Positions 37,801 through 47,145 of a stretch of 64,000 bases of DNA are shown here, piece by piece. Where the stretch lies: positions 1 through 64,000 of the IMG/VR virus record IMGVR_UViG_3300021180_000008; one strand, given 5' to 3'. This DNA comes from a virus. The notes below the pieces were generated by a model, which did not search any database, was not told where the DNA came from, and saw only the letters and a program-made list of their open reading frames with translations. A program made the translations under genes and the position numbers. Every line of letters begins with the position of its first letter. Position 1 is the first letter of the stretch.

Positions 37801-37809
37801 AAACTTGTT

Positions 37810-38076
37810 TCACCTTATAGTACTCATAAGATAAGGTGATCTTGTAAATCTGTATCCATCTTCGATACCTCACCAGAGGACTGTAGAAGAGTACCGATAA
37901 AGTGCTACTCAGACGTCATGTCCATGTTGGCTACTCGTACAGATACAGATGATGCGTAAAAATACGTTAGGAACTTGTTGGTGAAGAAGAGAGTATTAAC
38001 AGATTGGATAGGGGTTCCGAAAGACTTCATCCCCGTGGGATCAAGTAGGAGTTCGTTTATTCAGTTGTTAATACTC
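37810..38076 (+). ncRNA. Cluster of stem-closed structures upstream of GIY-YIG gene
   Basis: tcaccttat/ataaggtga; atctgtatc/gatacagat enclosing several hairpins; 37991-38010 pairs with 38058-38076. Confidence 0.45.
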
Positions 38077-38090
38077 GATTCTATTCAATT

Positions 38091-38564
38091 ATGAAATCAG
38101 GTTTATATTCTATAACCAATACCATTACGCGATGTGTCTACATCGGTAGTTCAGTTAATGTGCCTAAACGATTAACTCGTCATAGGTGGGAACTAAATAA
38201 TAAAAGACATAAGAATCAAAAGCTACAAAGGGCTTGGGATAAGCACGGGGAAGCAGTTTTCGTTTTTGAAAAAATTCTGACCTGCCCAGTAGAACTGATC
38301 AGATGTTTTGAACAACTGTTTGTAAATGCGTATGATTCTGTAGCAACTGGCTACAACATTCTTCCTGATGTAAATTGTTCTAAAGGTTATAAATTAAGTC
38401 AGGAAGCAAAAGATAAGATCTCCCAGCTGCATAAAGGGCGAGTGCTTAGTGAAGAGCATCGTGCTAAGTTAAGGGCTGCTAAGATTGGTACAAAATTTTC
38501 GGATACTCATAGACAGAATATGTCTAAAGCTAGGAAAAGGTATTGTCAAGCAAGAAAAGCATAA
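38091..38564 (+). CDS. GIY-YIG homing endonuclease with NUMOD3 repeats
   Basis: SGLYSITN....YIGSS...RL..H, GYN, HKGRVLSEEHRAKL. Confidence 0.9.
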   Translation: MKSGLYSITNTITRCVYIGSSVNVPKRLTRHRWELNNKRHKNQKLQRAWDKHGEAVFVFEKILTCPVELIRCFEQLFVNAYDSVATGYNILPDVNCSKGYKLSQEAKDKISQLHKGRVLSEEHRAKLRAAKIGTKFSDTHRQNMSKARKRYCQARKA

Positions 38565-38953
38565 CACCTTGGCAAGGCATTCCTAAAGATTTTAGTCCAG
38601 AAGGACTAGAGGGTTTCGTGTATCTAATTGTTAATACTCTTTCTCTTAAGAAGTATATAGGAAAGAAGTTCTTTTGGTCTAAACGCCGTAAGAAGGTTAA
38701 GGGGAAGAAACGACGCAAGCTGGAGGTAACTGAAAGTGACTGGAGATATTACGAAAGCTCTTCCGAAGCGCTTAAAGCAGACATCCGAAAGTTTGGCAAA
38801 GATAAGTTTACATTTGAGATTCTATCAAAACATACTACGCGAGGGAAGACTAATTACGCTGAAACTAGAGAATTATTCAGAAGAGATGTTTTGGTTTCCG
38901 AAGACTACTACAACGACTGCATAATTAATAGGTATTATAGGGGGAGGATATGA
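38543..38953 (+). CDS. GIY-YIG family nuclease
   Basis: GFVYLIVN...KYIGKK, ESDW..Y.SS, F.FEIL, YYN..I. Confidence 0.8.
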   Translation: MSSKKSITPWQGIPKDFSPEGLEGFVYLIVNTLSLKKYIGKKFFWSKRRKKVKGKKRRKLEVTESDWRYYESSSEALKADIRKFGKDKFTFEILSKHTTRGKTNYAETRELFRRDVLVSEDYYNDCIINRYYRGRI

Positions 38954-39183
38954 GAACGTTTACAGTATTCAGGCCTTCTATACCTGAAGGTACTCATGAT
39001 GTCAATCAAGCTAATCCACCTGATAAACCACAATTTGAAGGTGTTATATTTACAGATGGTACTTGCGCTATCCGATGGCTTACGGCCAAGGGCTCGACCT
39101 CTGTCTGGAGTTGCCTAGAAGATTTAATGGCAATTCATGGGCACCCTGAGTACGGAACGTATTTTGTATGGGGAGATGAATAA
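38950..39183 (+). CDS. Conserved phage hypothetical protein
   Basis: EGVIFTDG...RW....STSVW......IHGH motif. Confidence 0.6.
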   Translation: MRTFTVFRPSIPEGTHDVNQANPPDKPQFEGVIFTDGTCAIRWLTAKGSTSVWSCLEDLMAIHGHPEYGTYFVWGDE

Positions 39184-39410
39184 TGCAAGTAACAATGCCA
39201 CAGAGACGTCATAAATTCTACCACGTCAATGGCACTCTGATTTATAGACGTTTAAAGATCGAGTTTCCTAACATTCCTATATTGAAGTATCTATTTCAAG
39301 TATTAGCTATACGCCATACAAACAGCAGATACATCTATACGACTACAAGTGATTTAATACAAGATACAGGTTACACTGGCTGTATAAAAGAGTGGTACAG
39401 GTCCCGTTGA
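39183..39410 (+). CDS. Hypothetical protein
   Basis: TAATG coupling. Confidence 0.4.
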   Translation: MQVTMPQRRHKFYHVNGTLIYRRLKIEFPNIPILKYLFQVLAIRHTNSRYIYTTTSDLIQDTGYTGCIKEWYRSR

Positions 39411-39435
39411 CACAATCCTTCGACTGTAGTATAAT
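39407..39435 (+). promoter_or_regulatory. Consensus sigma70 promoter TTGACA-17-TATAAT
   Basis: Perfect hexamers and spacing. Confidence 0.8.
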
Positions 39436-39495
39436 TAGCAATGAGACCTCGCTTCCTCACATATTAAACGAGGCGAATAGAAGAGCGAAGCTCGC

Positions 39496-39657
39496 ATGCA
39501 AATAATGGTTGACATAGAGCTATCCCTAACCAAAGAAGAGTTAGCAGATTTAAAACAAGCTGCTGAGTATCTAGAGATGTCGATAGGTGAAGCTGCACGT
39601 TATTTTATTGCTAAAGAAACTAAGAATGTTATACGATGCTACAGCCTGAGCTCTTAG
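39496..39657 (+). CDS. Small ribbon-helix-helix-like protein (not in ORF track)
   Basis: IELSLTKEELADLKQAAEYLEMSIGEAARYFI pattern. Confidence 0.4.
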   Translation: MQIMVDIELSLTKEELADLKQAAEYLEMSIGEAARYFIAKETKNVIRCYSLSS

Positions 39658-39998
39658 AAGAATTGAAAGGGAAGATGTCTCTTACTAGACTGGCTAAAAC
39701 TGGTCTATTCCAAAAGCTCGACCCTAATACTAACGACGACGAACTAAGAAAAGAACTTAAACTACACAGAACAGTTTTAGATAAAGCCTTGATTGATTCG
39801 TTCTCTATCAACGATAGAATACGCATACCAGTTGAGCAATGGTTAAAGATAGATAATGAAGAATTCATAGATGCATGTGACAGGGCTGCTTTAAATCCAG
39901 GCCAGGTCTATCAAGTTTTTATGGCAGTTAAAGCAATATTAAAAGGACATAAAGCCAGATTTAGAAAGTTTGGCGCAAGTAAAGAATGGGAAATGTAA
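39636..39998 (+). CDS. Hypothetical protein
   Basis: L.R.VLDKAL.D...W......F...C..A pattern seen in phage proteins. Confidence 0.55.
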   Translation: MLQPELLEELKGKMSLTRLAKTGLFQKLDPNTNDDELRKELKLHRTVLDKALIDSFSINDRIRIPVEQWLKIDNEEFIDACDRAALNPGQVYQVFMAVKAILKGHKARFRKFGASKEWEM

Positions 39999-40194
39999 TA
40001 ATGCTCAGAGCCTCTAGCGCAGATTATACTGCTAATAGAGATGATGCCCAAGCAATGGCCAACCAGATTATGAAGAAGTATCATAAGGATGGTCACACTT
40101 GGGTTAGGGTTTGGCTAGAGCCAATGCAATTGGAATCTGGTCGTAAGTTTTATGCTATACGTAGCAACATAGTTTTCAAGGTACCTCAATACAT

Positions 40195-40773
40195 ATGAAG
40201 ATAGGACTAATAGGAGCCCCTCAGTCTGGTAAGACTACGTTGGGTGCAATGCTCTATGCAGAGTTTTTAAGAGAAGGTTTTGAAGGTGCATACCTCATAC
40301 CAGAATACGCTAAGTACTGGATTGCCTCAGGCCATACCATAAGAGATTGTGGTGAGCAAGAACATGTCGGACATAGTCAGATGTGTCAAGAGACTGCGAT
40401 TATGCAGACCACATTTAGCCCAATCATCTGTGATTCAGTATTGTTCTTGGGTAAGATCTACGCTAAGCACGCTGGATACTGTACTAATGCAGAGTTCTCC
40501 TCCTATATCAAGGAAGTAGAGAAGTTCAAGTATGATGTGATTATTCACACCCCCTTAGTCTTTGCGTCTAATGAGAAGTGTGAATTCAGAATTCATGATG
40601 CTAGGGAGTCCTTGCATATAGCTTCTCTTATAGAAGAAGAACTTAAACAACATAAGAATGTCATACGTGCCCCTAACGTATTCGAAGATAGGGATAACTT
40701 TGTTAAGAAGTTTGTAAAAGATTATAGGAAGGATTATTTAAATGGCAGCGCCAATCAATCTAAGATCGGTTAA
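40195..40773 (+). CDS. NadR/AAA_28-like P-loop kinase/ATPase
   Basis: KIGLIGAPQSGKTT, PEYAK, IICDS. Confidence 0.75.
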   Translation: MKIGLIGAPQSGKTTLGAMLYAEFLREGFEGAYLIPEYAKYWIASGHTIRDCGEQEHVGHSQMCQETAIMQTTFSPIICDSVLFLGKIYAKHAGYCTNAEFSSYIKEVEKFKYDVIIHTPLVFASNEKCEFRIHDARESLHIASLIEEELKQHKNVIRAPNVFEDRDNFVKKFVKDYRKDYLNGSANQSKIG

Positions 40774-41005
40774 GGCGATAAAGGAATTTATGGAAACAGC
40801 TAATGAACAGATACTATCATTGGAAGATGCTTGCTATCGTATTATGGTAGCTAAAGACCTTCGTGAAGCTAAGCTTATTGCTGCTGAGGCAGTACATGAA
40901 GACTTGGATATTTATCTTGAAGAAGATACAATGGCTGAAGAGCTTGACTTTGATAATGATGATAATCTTCCTTGGGATGATATTGATGTCAGCCACCAAG
41001 ATTAA
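40742..41005 (+). CDS. Hypothetical acidic protein
   Basis: GGAAGGA SD. Confidence 0.5.
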   Translation: MAAPINLRSVKAIKEFMETANEQILSLEDACYRIMVAKDLREAKLIAAEAVHEDLDIYLEEDTMAEELDFDNDDNLPWDDIDVSHQD

Positions 41006-41534
41006 GTCTACCCTAGGCCAGATGAAGAACCAAGGGTTTGATGATTTCCAGACCCCTAGGTGGCCTGTAGCCACTCTTATGAATATCCTAGAGAGTAATA
41101 AACACTCTAGAGATCTATTTACAGATGAGACTAATATCTGGGAGTGTGCTTGTGGTAAAGGCCGCATAGTAGATAGTCTTACGGCCATGAATTATAATGT
41201 AGTTTCTAGTGATATAAAGTATGGTGTTGATTTCTTAACCACCGATAAAGTACAAGGTGAGGTTATTATCACTAATCCACCATTCTCGAAGAAGACAGAT
41301 TTTCTAAAACGCTGCTATGATCTAGGCAGACCATTTGCATTACTCTTACCGTTAACAGCAATGGCTGGTAAGAAGCGGATTAAAATGTATCAAGAACATG
41401 GGGCGCAATTCATAATTATGAAAGAACGGATTGACTTTGAGTATCCGGATGGAACCTTTAAAGGAAAGCCTTGGTTCAATGGTATGTGGGTCACACATGG
41501 TTTTAGCTTACCTAAGGATATACAATGGATTTAA
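40986..41534 (+). CDS. DNA N6-adenine methyltransferase
   Basis: DFQTP, IWECACGKG (motif I), ITNPPFS (motif IV). Confidence 0.85.
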   Translation: MSATKIKSTLGQMKNQGFDDFQTPRWPVATLMNILESNKHSRDLFTDETNIWECACGKGRIVDSLTAMNYNVVSSDIKYGVDFLTTDKVQGEVIITNPPFSKKTDFLKRCYDLGRPFALLLPLTAMAGKKRIKMYQEHGAQFIIMKERIDFEYPDGTFKGKPWFNGMWVTHGFSLPKDIQWI

Positions 41535-41791
41535 TTCATGAATACCTCGTACACAGCTATCTATACTACTGCTTGGCAGATACGCTTATCTCTGACTATG
41601 AGTTTGATGACCTATGCAAGACTATCAACAAGAACTGGGAAACGCTCGATAGCGAATACAAGCAATTTCTATTAGATAATAATGAAACTCCTGGACTGAT
41701 TAAGGGGCTTGAATTGTTCCAATCAGACTATCCAGTTGATGTTCTAGAAGACGCACAATTAAGACTAGCTAAAAGAGACTGTAATGGATAA
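41525..41791 (+). CDS. Stand-alone NAD-dependent ligase domain Ia-like protein
   Basis: HSYLYY....ISDYEFDDL. Confidence 0.7.
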   Translation: MDLIHEYLVHSYLYYCLADTLISDYEFDDLCKTINKNWETLDSEYKQFLLDNNETPGLIKGLELFQSDYPVDVLEDAQLRLAKRDCNG

Positions 41792-41999
41792 GAACTATAC
41801 CAACATGCCTTCAGATGAATGGGCTAAATGGTTTAAACAATTTGAACGCACGTCCTTTGAAGAGGATGGTAAAGTGCATATATACGCCAATCAAATGGAA
41901 GAGATCTTCCAGATGTTTAAGGCCCGAATGAAATGGGAAGAGGAGAATAATAGTGCCGATGAACCAGCTATCGTCCACAAACTTGTCACCAAGTTCTAA
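41784..41999 (+). CDS. Hypothetical protein
   Basis: Coupled ORF. Confidence 0.4.
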   Translation: MDKNYTNMPSDEWAKWFKQFERTSFEEDGKVHIYANQMEEIFQMFKARMKWEEENNSADEPAIVHKLVTKF

Positions 42000-42330
42000 A
42001 GAAATAGAAGCAGAGGGGAAGAAGTTTGATGAAAATAAAACACGTCTTGACCTTATTCCGCCAGAAGCTATTTGGGCCCTCGGCTCAGCCCTTAGTTATG
42101 GAGCCAATAAGTACGGTGAATACAACTGGGCTAAAGGAATGCAGTGGTCAAGAATCTTTGCCGCCACCCTCCGACACCTCTATAAATGGTGGGCAGGAGA
42201 AGAGTGTGACGCCGAATCAGGGATACCCCATCTTCACCATGCACTCACCAATATTGCCTTCGCATGTGCGTACTCTCAACGAGGAATTGGGAAAGACGAT
42301 AGGCCCAAGAAGACCGGCCCTACCAGATAA
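41953..42330 (+). CDS. dATP/dGTP diphosphohydrolase (DUF5664-like)
   Basis: GKKFDENKTRLDLIP, YGANKY..NW.KG, RHL, D.ESG..HL.HA. Confidence 0.85.
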   Translation: MPMNQLSSTNLSPSSKEIEAEGKKFDENKTRLDLIPPEAIWALGSALSYGANKYGEYNWAKGMQWSRIFAATLRHLYKWWAGEECDAESGIPHLHHALTNIAFACAYSQRGIGKDDRPKKTGPTR

Positions 42331-42653
42331 CTGGGAAATAGGCGATACTGTGTTCACAGTGGCTGTTAGAGATCCTCTAGGTACTATATGCAATGACTTT
42401 GCTGAGGTATTGGATAAACATGAGGATAGATGCTTGATACAATTCCTACAATCTAAAACATACTTAGTCGTAATAGCGAATCAGTTATGGAAGGCAGGTA
42501 AGGCGTGAAGAATAAGGAAAAACAAGTAGTTAATCCCGATAGAGAGAATCTAGAGTACTTCTTATCAAAGTCTAAACACAGTATGGAGAAGATGCGAATC
42601 ACTTCATCAATCATTAAAACTTTAAAATATACAAAGAAAAGGGTCAAAGGCCA

Positions 42654-42683
42654 TTGCTAAGTCACCTCAAATTAGTGTATAAT
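42654..42683 (+). promoter_or_regulatory. Sigma70-like promoter TTGCTA-18-TATAAT
   Basis: Directly upstream of phoH; near-leaderless. Confidence 0.5.
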
Positions 42684-42690
42684 AGTACCT

Positions 42691-43368
42691 ATGGCTCCTA
42701 AGAAGACGCACGTTACTGCCCCAAAGCCTTTGACCGCTAAGCAAGCTCAATTGGCTAGATCCATAAGTGAAAAGGAAATGACCATTGTCACAGGACCGGC
42801 AGGTACGGGTAAAACATTCATGCCAGCTGCATTGGCGGCATACTATTATTCTAAAGGTCTGGTTGAGACGATCATCATTACGCGTCCGACGGTTCCTTGC
42901 GGTAAAGGCCTAGGCTTCTTGCCAGGGACTATAGATGAGAAGATAGAGCCTTGGGTAGCGCCTATAATTCAGGTCTTAATAGACTTCTTATCCAAGGGTG
43001 AAGTAGAATGTATGGTAAAGAATGGCAAACTTAAGATCATTCCATTCGACACAATTAGAGGTCATACGTTTAACAGTGCTTTTGTTATCCTGGATGAAGC
43101 GCAGAACACAACGATCCCTGAGATCAAAGCGTTTGTTACAAGGACCGGTAAGGATAGCAGGACCGTTATTAACGGTGATATCTCGCAATCGGATTTAAAG
43201 AACAACGAGAAATCTGGTTTAGCTTATCTAACTTATCTATTAGAAGATGTTAATAACGAAAACTTATCGAATAAGGTTGGGCAAGTACATTTTGAGATTG
43301 AAGATTGTGTACGTTCGGCTATATGTAAAGCGTGGATAAAGGCATTCGATGACGACAATAGCGTATAA
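42691..43368 (+). CDS. phoH: PhoH-like ATPase
   Basis: GPAGTGKT, ITRP, LGFLPG, RGHTF, LDEAQN, GDISQSD. Confidence 0.95.
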   Translation: MAPKKTHVTAPKPLTAKQAQLARSISEKEMTIVTGPAGTGKTFMPAALAAYYYSKGLVETIIITRPTVPCGKGLGFLPGTIDEKIEPWVAPIIQVLIDFLSKGEVECMVKNGKLKIIPFDTIRGHTFNSAFVILDEAQNTTIPEIKAFVTRTGKDSRTVINGDISQSDLKNNEKSGLAYLTYLLEDVNNENLSNKVGQVHFEIEDCVRSAICKAWIKAFDDDNSV

Positions 43369-43831
43369 AGGCGGAGTTATCGCTATGGATAGCATGGTTA
43401 CCTCTGACGATGGTCGGTATGGTCGTGTATCCAAAGGCAAGATAACTAAAGAATACTTAATAGCTGCTGCTGGTTCTGCACAGGATGTTATGGCTTTTAT
43501 AGATTGGGCAGAAGATGGCTATAAGCTAACAGAAGCTAATCTTAAGAAGTACGGCTTATATGACAGAGATGTCGAGGTAGAAGGTATTATCGTAGATAGG
43601 AAACACAGAGTGCTAGTCTTTGAAAGTAGACTATACCCAATGCCTATCGAGAGCCCCTTCCATGCCCTAGGCTCTGGTTGGAAGTTTGCTTTTGGTGCTA
43701 TGGCGTTAGGAGCATCGCCGTACACGGCTGTAAAGATTGCTTCGGAATATGATGTCAACACAGGAGGCAATATTAAGCTATTAGCCTTCAGAAAACAGAA
43801 GGTTAAGAGAGTTGCCAAAACAGATACATAG
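43349..43831 (+). CDS. Ntn (HslV/proteasome-beta-like) peptidase
   Basis: MTTIAY....AMDS, ALGSG..FA.GAM..GA...AV..A...D..TGG. Confidence 0.8.
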   Translation: MTTIAYKGGVIAMDSMVTSDDGRYGRVSKGKITKEYLIAAAGSAQDVMAFIDWAEDGYKLTEANLKKYGLYDRDVEVEGIIVDRKHRVLVFESRLYPMPIESPFHALGSGWKFAFGAMALGASPYTAVKIASEYDVNTGGNIKLLAFRKQKVKRVAKTDT

Positions 43832-44618
43832 TTCGGTACTTCCAGCAGATCATTTAATTATACCTGACCAACACACGTCCAAAGGCGACAATCTTAGGCG
43901 TTTTGAGGCTTTGGGTAATTATATCGTAACACACAAACCACAAGTAATAGTGAACCTAGGGGACATGGTAGACATGGCTTCCCTTTCATCTTATGATGTG
44001 GGTAAAAAGGAGTTTGTATTTCAGAATGTACAAGAAGATATTGAATCCCTCCATGCGGCAGAAGAAGTCCTCTATGCTCCCTTACACGCTTACAACAAGC
44101 GACAAGTCAGTCTCAAGAAAGCCAGATATGAGCCAATCATTGTTAAGCTCATCGGCAATCACGAGTATCGGCTCAAAAAACTGCTTGAGTACGAACCTCG
44201 CTGGGCGTCCAACACCATTAATATGCAGGCCTTCAATACGCGCCAGCCGATCAATGAAACCGTTATACCATTTATGGATTGGGCAGAAGTAGATGGGATT
44301 AACTATTCTCACTATTGGGCTTCCGGAGTTCTAGGTCGGCCCGTGCCGAATGCAAAGGCTATCCTCGCTAAGAAGGGGGTCTCGGCCACACAGGGCCATG
44401 CTCATACCCTGGACGTTGCTACTCTTACTAAGCCTAATGGTACTCGTATTCGTGGTCTTATTGCTGGATGCTTCCTTGATCCCGAGTACCAGTCATTTGC
44501 TGGGCCTCAAGTAGATCAACTGTACTGGTCTGGTATCCTGCATAAGAGAAATGTTAAGGATGGTGATTATGATCTAGAAGAGATTAGTATAGAGAGATTA
44601 CTCAAAGAGTACACTTGA
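43812..44618 (+). CDS. Metallophosphoesterase
   Basis: IIPDQH, LGDMVD, GNHE, YSHY, GHAH. Confidence 0.85.
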   Translation: MPKQIHSSVLPADHLIIPDQHTSKGDNLRRFEALGNYIVTHKPQVIVNLGDMVDMASLSSYDVGKKEFVFQNVQEDIESLHAAEEVLYAPLHAYNKRQVSLKKARYEPIIVKLIGNHEYRLKKLLEYEPRWASNTINMQAFNTRQPINETVIPFMDWAEVDGINYSHYWASGVLGRPVPNAKAILAKKGVSATQGHAHTLDVATLTKPNGTRIRGLIAGCFLDPEYQSFAGPQVDQLYWSGILHKRNVKDGDYDLEEISIERLLKEYT

Positions 44619-44643
44619 CAAGATCAATCTATAGGAGTATAAT
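44615..44643 (+). promoter_or_regulatory. Consensus sigma70 promoter TTGACA-17-TATAAT
   Basis: Perfect hexamers; -35 overlaps the upstream stop codon. Confidence 0.8.
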
Positions 44644-44649
44644 AATACA

Positions 44650-44919
44650 ATGACAGACACAATTAAACGCTTTCACTCAGAACGTTACAACGGCAGTAGT
44701 TATGTTTACGCCTCGCATGAAACAGTAGAAAAAGCTAAATCAGTTATTGGTAACTGTGAAGCATGGCGTATTAGAGATGACGACAAAACAATCCTTGAAG
44801 AGCACAATGGCGAAGTGCTGGAAGCATTTGATAAGAGAATGCGGGAAGTAGCTGAATGGCGAGCAAAAGATACCGCTAAAAAACAACAACATGAAACCGA
44901 ATTGAAAGCAGTACAATGA
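44650..44919 (+). CDS. Hypothetical protein
   Basis: ORF starting 6 nt after -10 (leaderless). Confidence 0.5.
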   Translation: MTDTIKRFHSERYNGSSYVYASHETVEKAKSVIGNCEAWRIRDDDKTILEEHNGEVLEAFDKRMREVAEWRAKDTAKKQQHETELKAVQ

Positions 44920-45191
44920 CAAAAGAAACACTCAACGACCAAATCGACCAGAAAAACGTAGACCCTCATGCTACACCTACGCTTAAGTCAGCTAAGAACA
45001 TGGCTGGTTATGCAGAAGATAAACAGATTGACCCTAAGCTTCTTAAGGTAGGCGAACTGGTACGTGAAGCTCAAGAAGAAGATGCTGAACCCGATTATTG
45101 CTGCACTGATGATGAACTCATGGAGTGTCAGGATAAGAAGAAAGAAGCGCTTGAAGCTCAGCGTATGACAACCCCAGGTTCTAATAAGTAA
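44916..45191 (+). CDS. Hypothetical acidic protein
   Basis: ATGA coupling. Confidence 0.5.
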   Translation: MTKETLNDQIDQKNVDPHATPTLKSAKNMAGYAEDKQIDPKLLKVGELVREAQEEDAEPDYCCTDDELMECQDKKKEALEAQRMTTPGSNK

Positions 45192-45200
45192 GGTTTAAAC

Positions 45201-45704
45201 TTGCCTAGTCTTTACTATACCCCTTCTGAACGAACTATAAGAGCCTGTACCTATTGCGGAGCTGAGTTTATAGGTTATAAAAAGAATCAAACGAAATGCA
45301 GTAAACGATGCATGGATCGTGATTATTGGCATAGACGTGGAAGTTCCCTAAGAACTCTTGAAAGAGTCTACGAAAGAAACAGTGGTAAGTTCGACATCTA
45401 CTTTAATGAATTGAGACAACGACCAAATAGAAAACATTTAACAGTTGAGGATCTATTTGAAATATATAATAGGCAGAATGGAAAATGTGCTTTAACAGGT
45501 GTCAAATTAACTTGCCATCGATCAGTAGAGTATCACAATCCTACAAATGCTTCTTTAGATAGAATTAAAGCCGGTGGAGAATATAGTAAAGATAATTTAC
45601 AATTAGTTTGTTCTGCGGTCAATAAGTTTAGACACAATCTAACAATTAAAGAATTTATAGAATGGTGTAGAAAAGTAGTAGAGTACAATGACAAAAAAAC
45701 GTAA
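45201..45704 (+). CDS. HNH-like homing endonuclease
   Basis: CTYCG..F.....CSKRC; QNGKCALTG, ASLDRI...GEY..DN.QLVC..VN. Confidence 0.8.
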   Translation: MPSLYYTPSERTIRACTYCGAEFIGYKKNQTKCSKRCMDRDYWHRRGSSLRTLERVYERNSGKFDIYFNELRQRPNRKHLTVEDLFEIYNRQNGKCALTGVKLTCHRSVEYHNPTNASLDRIKAGGEYSKDNLQLVCSAVNKFRHNLTIKEFIEWCRKVVEYNDKKT

Positions 45705-45939
45705 CTATCAAAAAGAGTATAAAAATTATCAAGGCAAGCCAGAACAGATTGCTAATCGCTCGAAGCGCAATGCTGCCAGGGCTAAACTTGAGAAAGAAGG
45801 CCGTGTCCGTAAGGGAGATGGTAAAGATGTAGACCACAAACGTGGTGTAGGTGGTGGTAACGGGGATGGTAATCTTCGTGTACAATCGAAACATAAGAAC
45901 CGCTCTTACCCACGTGATAAGAATGCCCACAAGAAGTAG
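45688..45939 (+). CDS. Small HNH-type protein
   Basis: RNYQKEY, RNAAR, DGKDVDHK....GN...NLRV....NRS. Confidence 0.7.
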   Translation: MTKKRNYQKEYKNYQGKPEQIANRSKRNAARAKLEKEGRVRKGDGKDVDHKRGVGGGNGDGNLRVQSKHKNRSYPRDKNAHKK

Positions 45940-46212
45940 GGGCGAGGACTATACTAGTGTTGCGGAGGTGCTATTAGAAATGGCAAAAGCTCCTGACACT
46001 ATTAGAGATCTAGAAGAAATTATCATAGTAGATAAAGATCTTAAAACAATCGGCGTCTGTAGAATAGAGTATTCTAGTGCCTTCGACCCAAGTCAATATA
46101 ATTTTACTAAGGAATACTAAATGTCTCGCGGAGAACAAAAGAAAGAATCCAAAGGCAAGAAGCCTAAAGATAAACAAGAACAACAACCAATGAAGAAAGT
46201 ATCACACTAATA

Positions 46213-46575
46213 ATGTCGAACACTAATCGTAACTGGGCACTAAAGAACAAGACAACTGGTCAACTTCACTCTAGAATGACTTTCCCTACACGTGAAGCAG
46301 CTCGTAAGGTCGCTCAAAGTCGTCCCTACAATGGTAACTACATGGTAGTCCGTTTGGGAGATGGCAGTATTCCCTCCAAGCATCAGCCTAAGTACCCTAA
46401 GCCCACTAAGCCTAAGAAGGCAGAAACCAAGGAAGCAGTGACAAGCGCAGCTATGCCCACATGTACTAAAACAAAGACTACGCAGTCGAATGGTCGTCCC
46501 CTTAATAAGGCACCCCAACTGCGCCCTTCTACTCATACTGGCATTGGCTTTGCAGTAAGTAAACGGTTCCTGTAA
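46213..46575 (+). CDS. Basic hypothetical protein
   Basis: FPTREAAR motif; 120 aa. Confidence 0.5.
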   Translation: MSNTNRNWALKNKTTGQLHSRMTFPTREAARKVAQSRPYNGNYMVVRLGDGSIPSKHQPKYPKPTKPKKAETKEAVTSAAMPTCTKTKTTQSNGRPLNKAPQLRPSTHTGIGFAVSKRFL

Positions 46576-46579
46576 TCCT

Positions 46580-46768
46580 ATGCCTATCCGTAAAGTAAAA
46601 GGCGGGTATAAATGGGGTGGTCACGGTCACGTTTATCCAACCAGAGAAGGTGCGGAGAAACAGGCTGCTGCTGCCCATGCAAATGGTTTTACTGGTAAAC
46701 GAAAAGGAGGTAAAGTCGATGAAAAAGAAAAGTCGAAAAAGAAGCCTCCGTCACGCACTAAGAAATAG
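46580..46768 (+). CDS. Small basic conserved phage protein
   Basis: MPIRKVKGGYKWG..G..Y.T...AEKQ..A..A.G. Confidence 0.6.
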   Translation: MPIRKVKGGYKWGGHGHVYPTREGAEKQAAAAHANGFTGKRKGGKVDEKEKSKKKPPSRTKK

Positions 46769-46842
46769 TATTGCTAAGGACCTTCGTACTCCTAAATACC
46801 GGCTACGAGTGAAGCCCAATAAAAGAAAGAAACAAATACTAA

Positions 46843-47145
46843 ATGACTATCAAAACACAAGAGGAAGGATCACAGAAGACTGATAATGTCTCTGCCTTCG
46901 TACCCAAGAAAGGGACTAAAGGCGTGAAAGAACCTACCTCGGAAGAACTAAAACAGAAAGGTCTTGAGACATTCCTTGAGATCGTAAACAATAAATCTGT
47001 AGGCTTCTTTGCCATCGTATTTGATGAGAACAATGACCCTAAGATTATCTGGGCAGGAGATATTGAATTGATCAATGCTCTTGGTTCTCTGGAAATGGCT
47101 AAGAACGAACTCTATTCGAATGTCTTTTTAGGAGACATCATCTAA
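46843..47145 (+). CDS. Hypothetical protein
   Basis: ORF upstream of endolysin. Confidence 0.5.
   Translation: MTIKTQEEGSQKTDNVSAFVPKKGTKGVKEPTSEELKQKGLETFLEIVNNKSVGFFAIVFDENNDPKIIWAGDIELINALGSLEMAKNELYSNVFLGDII

Noticed and set aside
41953-42330. Z-genome (2-aminoadenine) or other base-replacement pathway
   Set aside because: The DUF5664-like hydrolase is present but no PurZ, DatZ or queuosine-pathway genes are in the window
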